Shown here one piece after another: positions 56,525-64,000 of a stretch of 64,000 nt of DNA. The notes under the pieces are model-generated. The model was not told the origin of the DNA and did no database searches. It was given only the letters and a program-made list of their open reading frames with translations. Made by a program: the position numbers and the translations under genes. Origin of the DNA: an uncultured Gemmatimonadales bacterium. Its GTDB lineage: Bacteria > Gemmatimonadota > Gemmatimonadetes > Gemmatimonadales > GWC2-71-9. Within the stretch, counting starts at the first letter, position 1; every line of letters starts with the position of its first letter. The stretch is taken from assembly GCA_963695555.1 (NCBI GenBank), contig CAVOGR010000001.1, forward strand, positions 288,001-352,000, given 5' to 3'.

Positions 56525-56964
56525 TGGGCCGCTCCGCGGCTTGCGAGGAAGTGCTGCAGCAGGACGGCCGCGGCCAGGGCATCGACGTCGCCGCGGCGGC
56601 CGCGGATTTTGCCCCCCTGCTCTCGGATGGCTCCCAGGGCCCGTGCCGTGCTCATGCGCTCGTCCCAGAAGGCGACGGGAAGAGAGGTCAACTCGCCGAG
56701 CTTCCGTCCCAGCTCCCGGATCGCTTGGGTCGTGTCGGTCTCCGTCCCTTCCGACGACAGCGGGAGGCCAAGGAGTACCCCGAGTGGCCGGTGCGTTTCG
56801 ATCAGGTCGATCAGGCGCTTGAGGGGGAACCGCTTCCCGGTGCGACGGGTCAGCGTGGTCAGCGGCGAGGCGAGCGTTTGCAACTCGTCCGTGAGCGCGA
56901 GGCCGATGCGCTGCGTTCCCCAATCGATGGCGAGTAGGCGGCCGTGCGTCGGGAGATCGGTCAC
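56521..56964 (-). CDS. ruvX: Holliday-junction-resolvase-like / pre-16S rRNA nuclease (YqgF)
   Basis: LAIDWG..RIGLA..D, GLP, WDERMST, VDALAA...LQ. Confidence 0.93.
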   Translation of the reverse strand: MTDLPTHGRLLAIDWGTQRIGLALTDELQTLASPLTTLTRRTGKRFPLKRLIDLIETHRPLGVLLGLPLSSEGTETDTTQAIRELGRKLGELTSLPVAFWDERMSTARALGAIREQGGKIRGRRGDVDALAAAVLLQHFLASRGAAQ

Positions 56965-57006
56965 GGTGTGCTGTGGTGGGCCCGGAGGACGGCCGGTGCC
57001 GGCGCC

Positions 57007-58254
57007 CTATTGGGCCATGGTGGCGAAGAACTCTTTGTTTGTCTTGGTGCGTTTCAACCGCTCCAGCAGGAACTCGAGGGCCTCGACCGGGGGCATGTCC
57101 GCCAGGAAGTTCCGCAGTAAGTAGATCCGGTTCAACTCGTCCTTGTCCATCAGCAGTTCTTCCTTCCGGGTCGACGTCCGCTGGATATCGATAGCGGGAT
57201 AGATACGCCGGTCGGCCAGGCGGCGATCCAGGACGAGTTCCATATTGCCGGTTCCCTTGAATTCCTCGAAGATCACCTCATCCATGCGGCTCCCGGTATC
57301 GATCAGCGCCGTTGCGATGATCGTCAGGCTGCCGCCGCCGTCGATGTTTCGCGCGGCGCCGAAGAATCGCTTGGGCTTCTGCAGCGCGTTCGCGTCGACA
57401 CCGCCCGACAGGATCTTTCCCGAATGGGGAACGACCACGTTATGGGCGCGCGCCAACCGGGTGATGGAATCGAGCAGGATCACCACATCCCGCCCATGCT
57501 CCACTAGCCGCTTCGCCTTCTCAATCACCATGTCGGCAACCTGGACGTGACGGTCAGCCGGTTCATCGAACGTCGAGGCGATGACCTCGGCCTTGACGTT
57601 CTCCTCCATGTCCGTCACTTCCTCCGGACGCTCATCGATCAGGAGCACGATCAGCACGATCTCCGGGTGGTTCGCAGAGATGGCATTGGCCAGCTTCTGG
57701 AGCAGGATGGTCTTGCCCGCTTTGGGCGGAGCCACGATGAGGCCGCGCTGGCCATTGCCGATCGGCGACAACAAATCGACGATCCGCATCGACAGGTCCG
57801 GTTCGGGCGTCTCCAGCCGAATCCGTTTGTCCGGGTACCGTGGGCGTAGGTTATCGAACGCAATGCGCTGCTTGGTTAATTCAGGGTCCTCGAAGTTGAC
57901 CTTCTCGACCTTGAGGAGGGCGAGATAGCGCTCCCCCTCCTTGGGCGGACGCACCTGGCCCATGACCGTATCGCCGGTTCGCAGGTCGAATCGTTTGATT
58001 TGGCTTGGCGAGACGTAGATGTCGTCCGGACCGTACAGGTAGTTCCAGTCAGGGCTGCGGAGAAACCCGTAGCCTTCCGGGAGGATTTCGAGCACACCCT
58101 CCCCCCGAATGACGGTGTCCTCCTCAAGCAACGTCTGCTCGATTTGGAAGATGAGGTCTTGTTTGCGGAGGCCCGAGAAGTTGGTGAGATTCAACTGCCG
58201 TGCCAGCGCATGCAGCTCCGAAACGGATTTCTGCTTGAGCTCAGCAATGTCCAC
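57007..58254 (-). CDS. rho: Transcription termination factor Rho
   Basis: [57 protein letters not shown]. Confidence 0.98.
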   Translation of the reverse strand: MDIAELKQKSVSELHALARQLNLTNFSGLRKQDLIFQIEQTLLEEDTVIRGEGVLEILPEGYGFLRSPDWNYLYGPDDIYVSPSQIKRFDLRTGDTVMGQVRPPKEGERYLALLKVEKVNFEDPELTKQRIAFDNLRPRYPDKRIRLETPEPDLSMRIVDLLSPIGNGQRGLIVAPPKAGKTILLQKLANAISANHPEIVLIVLLIDERPEEVTDMEENVKAEVIASTFDEPADRHVQVADMVIEKAKRLVEHGRDVVILLDSITRLARAHNVVVPHSGKILSGGVDANALQKPKRFFGAARNIDGGGSLTIIATALIDTGSRMDEVIFEEFKGTGNMELVLDRRLADRRIYPAIDIQRTSTRKEELLMDKDELNRIYLLRNFLADMPPVEALEFLLERLKRTKTNKEFFATMAQ

Positions 58255-58515
58255 GCGACATACTCCATGAATGCAGCCGCGCTGATCGTCTCAGCGGATG
58301 CGAAGGAAAGGGATGAGAAAGCGCCGGATAAGGTTCAGTCGGTTGTATGCTGTATGGCGACGGGTCCGGCGGAGTGCCGGGTCGGATCGGGTACCGTTGT
58401 CGGGGAGTGCGTGAGGATTGAGGCTTTTCAAGGTACCGGAGAGTTGGGGAGCCGTCAAGCAAGCTGCCCGTACCCGGGGGCCTGGCGGGCCAGGCGGTGC
58501 TCCCTAAATATTGCG

Positions 58516-58540
58516 TAAGTTCCTTTCCCTATTATCTTTG
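58516..58540. promoter_or_regulatory. 25-bp dyad element, weak copy
   Basis: TAA-GTTC-CTT-TCCCT-ATT-ATCT-TTG in the rho divergent gap. Confidence 0.3.
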
Positions 58541-58609
58541 CAGAAACCAACCGCTGGCCAGGCGTGGGTCGCTCTCGGCGCGAGCCGGCGTGGCCCCGGA
58601 GGGACGTCG

Positions 58610-58894
58610 ATGACCGCTCCATCGCTTCGCTCGCTTCCCAGGGAATCGCACGACCCGGTTGTCTTCCAGCTGCCCCCCATCCGCTATGATGGTCAAACCA
58701 TCCACCTCCACCTCTCCATCCGGCGCTCGGACGACGGCACCTGGCGAGGCAGAATGCGGTTCTTCCGCGATGAAGTGAGCCCTCCGCGTGAAACGGCGGA
58801 GATCTTTCGCGGCGCGTCGGAGCAGGAGATGTGGGAGTCCGTCAACCACCTTCGCGAGCACCACCTGCGCGATCTGTTCCGCTCGCTCGGCTGA
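58610..58894 (+). CDS. 94-aa hypothetical protein
   Basis: ATG 58610 with GGAGG; DGTWRGRMRF...ETAEIF...LRDLFRSL. Confidence 0.7.
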   Translation: MTAPSLRSLPRESHDPVVFQLPPIRYDGQTIHLHLSIRRSDDGTWRGRMRFFRDEVSPPRETAEIFRGASEQEMWESVNHLREHHLRDLFRSLG

Positions 58895-58916
58895 CACGGG
58901 CCGCACTCGGCCACCA

Positions 58917-60761
58917 TTACGCACCTCTGGCTGAAGCCGAATCTCCACGAAGCACGATCGATCCGTCTCGGCGCCCGTACACGGTATCCTTGAGTTCCCT
59001 GAGGTACCGTGCGCCGTTCGCGAGGTAGGCCACGAGGAGAAGGAGGCTTGCTCCGCTCACCCCAAGTCGAAGTCCCAGGCCCCACCCGCCGGCCGAAATG
59101 AACCCCTCGATTGCGCCCGCCACGAGAAGCAGCACCGTGGCAGCTCCGACCATGCGCACCGCCAGGCGGCCATTGAGCACCAAGGCCTCGCTCCGGCTCA
59201 CCCGTCCTGGTGCCACCAGCGACTTCCCGAGCAGGAACCCCGCAGCCCCCGCAACCCAGATGGCGAACAGCTCCAATACGCCGTGGCCCACGATGAATTC
59301 GATGAGGTAGCCCAGCAGGCCGACATTGGCGAAGTGCCCGCTTATCGTCCCGATCGCGAGACCATTGAACGCGAGAAGCACCAGCGATCCCACGCCCAGG
59401 AAGACACCACCGGCGAAGCACATGAAGGCGATGCGGACATTGTTGCTGATAATGAACGTGGCAACGTAGGGACGGACCCGCGGATCGGCCTCGAAGTACT
59501 TGGCACCCTCCTGCGCCCGACCGGCTCCCGCTTCGGCCCGCTGGAGGATCTGATCCGGCAGGAGTTGGACCGCCAAGTCCGGGCGCTCGCGTATGAACGT
59601 GTAGCCGGCCGCCGCGGGGACGGTGAACAACAGGAAACCGGCCAGTACATAGCGCCAGGCATGCACCACGCTGGCCGGGCATTCGCGAGCGAAGACCGTC
59701 CACACGCGGCGCAGGGTCTTGCGCTCGTCGCGGTACAGCAAATTGTGACCGGCGCTGACGGACCGCTCCAGGCCGCCGATCACCGCGGGCGAGGCTCCAT
59801 AGGTGCGCGCGCGCGCAAGGTCGGCGGCCATCTCGCGATATCGCGCGGCGAACTCCAGGAGTGTATTGGCGTCGAAGCCGTTCAACCCGTCCCGCCGGGC
59901 CACGGCGAGCTGCGCGTCGAACTCGGCCCATCGCTCCCGTTTCCGGGCTGCGAATTGTTCCCCAACAGCTCCGCGCGACCGGACCGCGCCGCGGCTGGCC
60001 AATCGCCCGCGCCGGCGGGCAAGCTCTTGGGTAAAGAGGGTTTGGAGCGCCGCCTGCCCGCCGGACGCGACCTCGGGTGCTCGATCCGAGAGCCGCGCGG
60101 CCAGTTGTCCGGCCAACCTGGCGCGCACGCCGGCCTCCAGGCCGGTGGCCCGGTCGAGAAAGTGGCGGAGGAGGACGAACTCTTCATCGCTGAGTTCCGG
60201 AGCCCCCAGGTCGGCGCCGGCCTCGGCGGATGGGGCAAGCGCGTCCGCCGGTTTTGCCTCATACGGGCGATCCCGCACCACGATACTGCCGGCAACGAGA
60301 TCGCCGAGTCGCTTCCCTTGCGGGTGAAACGCGACGAAGAGGGCGCCGACCAGATAGGATGGGGGCGGGAACAGGTCCGCGATGCGGAGCAGGTTCCGCA
60401 CCACGGCCCCGCCGACCGAAAGCGGATGGCCGGTGCCTTGCACGACCCGGATCCCGACGAAGCGCTTTCCCGGTGTTTGCCCGCGGCCGAATCCTTCGTA
60501 GGCGATGAAATACCCAAACGTAGACCCAAACAGAATGAGAACGGTCAAGGCTCCTAACCATGTGCCGCCGCCCGTCATCGACCCGATCAAGTTCGAGAGC
60601 AGCACGACCGCGATGATCCAGACGAGCACAATGAACGAGTCGATGAGTGCCGCCAGCGCACGCGAGCCGAGTCCCGCGACCTCGAGATCGAGGACGACGT
60701 TTTCGGGGGTCTCGACTCGGACGCGCCGCCGGAGGTCCCGGGCGCCCGATTGATTGGCCAT
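58917..60761 (-). CDS. RDD-family domain fused to SpoIIM (stage II sporulation M) membrane domain
   Basis: ETPENV...AGLGSRALA..ID, GQTPGKR..GIRV, KRLGDLVAG; NN.RIAF, HGVLEL, AGAIEGF. Confidence 0.88.
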   Translation of the reverse strand: MANQSGARDLRRRVRVETPENVVLDLEVAGLGSRALAALIDSFIVLVWIIAVVLLSNLIGSMTGGGTWLGALTVLILFGSTFGYFIAYEGFGRGQTPGKRFVGIRVVQGTGHPLSVGGAVVRNLLRIADLFPPPSYLVGALFVAFHPQGKRLGDLVAGSIVVRDRPYEAKPADALAPSAEAGADLGAPELSDEEFVLLRHFLDRATGLEAGVRARLAGQLAARLSDRAPEVASGGQAALQTLFTQELARRRGRLASRGAVRSRGAVGEQFAARKRERWAEFDAQLAVARRDGLNGFDANTLLEFAARYREMAADLARARTYGASPAVIGGLERSVSAGHNLLYRDERKTLRRVWTVFARECPASVVHAWRYVLAGFLLFTVPAAAGYTFIRERPDLAVQLLPDQILQRAEAGAGRAQEGAKYFEADPRVRPYVATFIISNNVRIAFMCFAGGVFLGVGSLVLLAFNGLAIGTISGHFANVGLLGYLIEFIVGHGVLELFAIWVAGAAGFLLGKSLVAPGRVSRSEALVLNGRLAVRMVGAATVLLLVAGAIEGFISAGGWGLGLRLGVSGASLLLLVAYLANGARYLRELKDTVYGRRDGSIVLRGDSASARGA

Positions 60762-60888
60762 GTTCGATTCTAGCTCTGCGGTGCGGCTGGGAGCAATCTC
60801 ACGAGTGCCCTCGCGGTTCGATCGACGCCGTGACATCTTGCGGGACGACTCCACGGCTTCTTTCCCAGGATCCGGAGCAGTGCCTTCC

Positions 60889-61689
60889 ATGCTCATGCCA
60901 GACCTGCGACCCCTATCGATCGGGGAAATCCTGGATGCGACGTTTGCGATCTACCGTCGTCAGTTTCCGCAGCTTTTTACCATTGCGACCGTGAGTCTGG
61001 CGGTGCCCTACGCGCTCAATGCCTATGTGATGGGGCGTCTCGGCGTCGCCGACTCTCCGGAAGACCTTATGCGCTTGGGTGGCTGGTTGCTGCTCTCAAT
61101 GCTCTTGTTTGCCGTATTCCAGGCCGTGGCAACGGCGGCAACCGTCCATGTCGTGTCCGACGGCTACTTGGGGCGCACGCTGACCGCCGGCGAGGCCCTG
61201 CGCCGCACCGGCCCGGCAGTTGGAGGGCTCATTCTCGTCTGGCTGTCAGTGTCGCTCGTCGTTTTTCTCGGCTTCCTCTTCCTTGTGATTCCGGGCATCA
61301 TCCTCGCTCTGGGACTCGCGTTCTCGACCCAGGCCCTGGTGCTGGAGCGCGTCTCGCCCTTCAATGCTATGCGCCGCTCATGGATGCTCGCCAAGGGGTC
61401 CAAAGGCAAGATCCTGCTCCTCATGATCACGGTCGCTGTCATTCTCTTCGTCGCCCTCATCGGCAGCATGGTCGCGCTCATGATCGTCTCCCTCCTGGTC
61501 TTCGGGTCCCCCGAGCCGGGAGCACTCCGCCCGGGACTCACGACGGTGATCGATGTGTTGACCCTCATCATCCAGCTTCTGGTATTCCCGCTCCTTCCCT
61601 GCCTCCTGACCGTCACGTACTACGATTTGAGAGTCCGGCGGGAAGGGTTCGACCTCGAAGTACTCGCCGCGGCAGTCCAGGGCGCCTAG
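60889..61689 (+). CDS. Integral membrane protein (glycerophosphodiester phosphodiesterase membrane-domain-like)
   Basis: LRPLSIGEILD, A.RRSW.L.KG, YYDLRVRREGFDL. Confidence 0.8.
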   Translation: MLMPDLRPLSIGEILDATFAIYRRQFPQLFTIATVSLAVPYALNAYVMGRLGVADSPEDLMRLGGWLLLSMLLFAVFQAVATAATVHVVSDGYLGRTLTAGEALRRTGPAVGGLILVWLSVSLVVFLGFLFLVIPGIILALGLAFSTQALVLERVSPFNAMRRSWMLAKGSKGKILLLMITVAVILFVALIGSMVALMIVSLLVFGSPEPGALRPGLTTVIDVLTLIIQLLVFPLLPCLLTVTYYDLRVRREGFDLEVLAAAVQGA

Positions 61690-61698
61690 AGAGGCTCC

Positions 61699-62343
61699 GT
61701 GATGATGCCCGCACTCGCGCCCCCGGGCGGTGGAGCCCCGATTCCCCGTGACTCGCTCCGCGCAGTGCTGGATTCAGTGTTCGCCGGGCCCGCCTATGAC
61801 TGGACGCCACGGATCGATCCGCTGCAGTGGCTCGCACGCGGCTGGAACCTCTTGACGGGGTGGCTTGCCGCGTTTCGGGACGGGAACCCGGTTCTGTACC
61901 AGTGGTTTCTGCTCGGGCTCGTCGCGCTTCTCGTCGCGATCATCATCCACGCTGGCTGGACCCTCATGCAGACCATCCGCCCCAGAGGCCGGCCGGTCGA
62001 TTATCTGGCGACCCAGCCGACGCCTGAATCGCACGATGCGGCGTGGTATCGTCGGTATGCGGATCAGTATGCGGCCGAAGGACAGTATGCCGCGGCCGTC
62101 CAAGCTGGCTGGCATGCACTGGTGCTGGACCTCGATGCGCGCGGTCTGGTTCGCTATCGTCAGGCCAAGACGCCAGGCGAGTACCCGTTTGAGTCGGCGC
62201 TGGATCCGGACGACCGCGATCGGCTGCGACATTTGGTGGAGGAGCTCTATCGTTTCGTCTTTGGCCGCGAGCGCTGCACCAGAGAGGAATATCTTGCCTG
62301 GCAGTCGCGTGCCACTGGAGAATGGCGTGCAGCTTCGACCTGA
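61699..62343 (+). CDS. DUF4129-like membrane protein
   Basis: One TM segment, A..G.YAAAV, KTPGEY, Y...FG; standard position in MoxR loci. Confidence 0.7.
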   Translation: MMMPALAPPGGGAPIPRDSLRAVLDSVFAGPAYDWTPRIDPLQWLARGWNLLTGWLAAFRDGNPVLYQWFLLGLVALLVAIIIHAGWTLMQTIRPRGRPVDYLATQPTPESHDAAWYRRYADQYAAEGQYAAAVQAGWHALVLDLDARGLVRYRQAKTPGEYPFESALDPDDRDRLRHLVEELYRFVFGRERCTREEYLAWQSRATGEWRAAST

Positions 62344-63535
62344 CCTGAGCCTGGGCATCGGCATCCTGCTGACGCTCATCTTGATCGTGGCTCTGACAGG
62401 AGCTCCCCGGCGCCACGAAGCCGGCGACGTCGACCAGCGCCGATCGACCTACCTGAGCGGGCCGTGGGGTGCCCGCGGGCTGAGCGAGGCGCTCGAGCGG
62501 GTTGGTCTTCGGGTGGAGCGCCACCGGCGCCGGCTCGCCCTCCTCGTCGCGCCAAGCGACGCAGGTCGATCCGTGGTCGCCGTGCTCGAACCTTCCCGGG
62601 CCCTGGATGTCTGGGATGGGGCTGCCCTGCTCGAGGTCGACCGGCAGGGCCTCGATGTGCTGCTCGCCGGCCCGTCGGCCAACGCCGCCATGCGGTGCTT
62701 CGGCTACGTGGCTCAGCCCCGCTCGGACTCGGTTGCCGCCCGCCCGGCTGGGGTACCAGCGCGAGCCCCCATCTGGGTCACCGCGGTCCTGGCCCGTACG
62801 GGGGAGGCGATGGTCGTCGATTCGTCCAGTGTCGCCGACCTGGGAGTTGCACAGTGCGAGGTACCGAAGCCCGACCGCGTCGACACGCTCCTGGTCACGG
62901 AGGGAGGCCGGGCGGCTGCGTTACAGTTCCACTTCGCTTCCGGGCGGATCGTCACTCTGATCGCCGATGGGGGCGTGTTCGGGAATCGGAAGATGCGTGA
63001 CACCGAGGCCGGGATCTTCGCGATGGAACAATTCGCCGGGCGGTACTCGACGGCGATATTCGACGAATACCATCAGGGGTTTGGGCAGGGCGGCTCGCTG
63101 TCCAAGGCCGTCGTCGCGTGGAGCCTCGAATCGCCGTGGGGCTGGGCCGCATGGCAACTCGCGGCCGTCGGACTGCTCGCGTTGCTCGCGAGCGGCATTC
63201 GCTTTGGTCCGGTGACGACGCTGCTTCGCCGCGAACGGCGTTCGCCGCTCGAACACGTGCGGGCGCTCGCCACCGCGCTTGCGGCTGCCCGCGGCCAAGC
63301 GACGGCGGTCAGGTTGATCGTGCGGGGGCTCGAGCGCAGACTCTCCCGGATAGGCCGCGGCGCCGATCCCGATCCGACGGCCTGGCTCGCGGCCCTCGCC
63401 CCGAACCTGCACACTTCAAAAGGCCGGTCCGCTCTGGAGCGGCTCACTCAACTCACCCGTGGCCCGGAACGCGACGATGCCGTGTTGACGGCCGCTCATG
63501 CCGTGGAGGACGTGTGGGAGGATCTGAAACCGTGA
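62327..63535 (+). CDS. DUF4350-like membrane protein
   Basis: GTG 62327; N-terminal TM, RSTY...P.G.RGL.E.L, FDEYHQG, TM then RFGP, EHV.ALA. Confidence 0.75.
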   Translation: MQLRPDLSLGIGILLTLILIVALTGAPRRHEAGDVDQRRSTYLSGPWGARGLSEALERVGLRVERHRRRLALLVAPSDAGRSVVAVLEPSRALDVWDGAALLEVDRQGLDVLLAGPSANAAMRCFGYVAQPRSDSVAARPAGVPARAPIWVTAVLARTGEAMVVDSSSVADLGVAQCEVPKPDRVDTLLVTEGGRAAALQFHFASGRIVTLIADGGVFGNRKMRDTEAGIFAMEQFAGRYSTAIFDEYHQGFGQGGSLSKAVVAWSLESPWGWAAWQLAAVGLLALLASGIRFGPVTTLLRRERRSPLEHVRALATALAAARGQATAVRLIVRGLERRLSRIGRGADPDPTAWLAALAPNLHTSKGRSALERLTQLTRGPERDDAVLTAAHAVEDVWEDLKP

Positions 63536-64000
63536 ATGGTCCCGATATCCCAGCCCAGGCGGAGCGGGCCCGGGACATCGTACGCCGCCTGAATCACGTC
63601 GTGCTCGGGCAGGAAGCCGTGGTGCACGATGCCCTGGCTGCGCTGATCGCCCGTGGACACGTGTTGCTCGAAGGAGTCCCGGGCACGGCGAAGACGCTCT
63701 TGGTCCGCACCCTGAGTGTGGCCCTCGACCTCGAGTTTCGTCGCATTCAGTTCACGCCGGACCTGATGCCGTCGGACATCACCGGCATCAACTTTCTCGC
63801 GGCCGAAGGGAAGTTCTCGTTTCGGCCGGGTCCCCTCTTTGCGGATCTCATCCTCGCTGACGAGATCAATCGCGCTCCGGCCAAGACCCAGGCCGCCCTG
63901 CTCGAGGCCATGCAGGAACGGAGCGTCACCGTGGACGGGGTCTCCCATGCCCTGTCGGCGTCCTTCACGGTCTTCGCGACCCAGAACCCCATCGAGTTCG
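63532..64000 (+). CDS. MoxR-family AAA+ ATPase, partial
   Basis: Manual translation: [57 protein letters not shown]. Confidence 0.95.
   Translation, partial: MNGPDIPAQAERARDIVRRLNHVVLGQEAVVHDALAALIARGHVLLEGVPGTAKTLLVRTLSVALDLEFRRIQFTPDLMPSDITGINFLAAEGKFSFRPGPLFADLILADEINRAPAKTQAALLEAMQERSVTVDGVSHALSASFTVFATQNPIEF

Noticed and set aside
1..64000. Exosortase/PEP-CTERM genes, transposases, integrases, tRNA/rRNA and defence systems
   Set aside because: No supporting motifs seen by eye. Short RNAs could be missed without covariance searches.

Overview
High-GC bacterial chromosomal window. The gene repertoire resembles Gemmatimonadota (inference only). No rRNA, tRNA, CRISPR array or mobile element was seen. 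Positions 1-36.6 kb hold a large, mostly minus-strand surface-glycan cluster that runs off the left edge. It encodes Wzc, a Wza/SLBB export protein and a priming phosphoglycosyl transferase. Its bulk is about 8 polytopic GT-C-like membrane proteins, 5 GT2 enzymes (4 DPM1-like), a DUF2304-like protein, an LPG-synthase-type flippase, 4 oxidoreductases and 2 membrane-anchored 'sulfatases' with Thr in place of the formylglycine Cys/Ser. Six intergenic gaps of the cluster carry a sigma-54 -24/-12 element. An NtrC-type activator/histidine kinase pair lies beside it, and a degenerate REC-GGDEF protein with an intact RxxD site lies inside it. A 25-bp dyad (YAA-N4-TTG-N5-CAA-N4-TTR-like) recurs 6-7 times between genes. 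The right half is mostly housekeeping: acyl-CoA ligase, NYN protein, mpg, an OM beta-barrel, fdh-SDR-tdh-kbl, CDF transporter, hydrolase, thiE, mltG, ruvX, rho, and an RDD/SpoIIM-DUF4129-DUF4350-MoxR locus. Two small genes missed by the ORF track were found: a 36-aa protamine/histone-H1-like peptide and a 56-aa sigma-54-preceded ORF. Two single-base frameshifts are probably assembly errors. All family calls are by-eye motif recognition; no searches were run.
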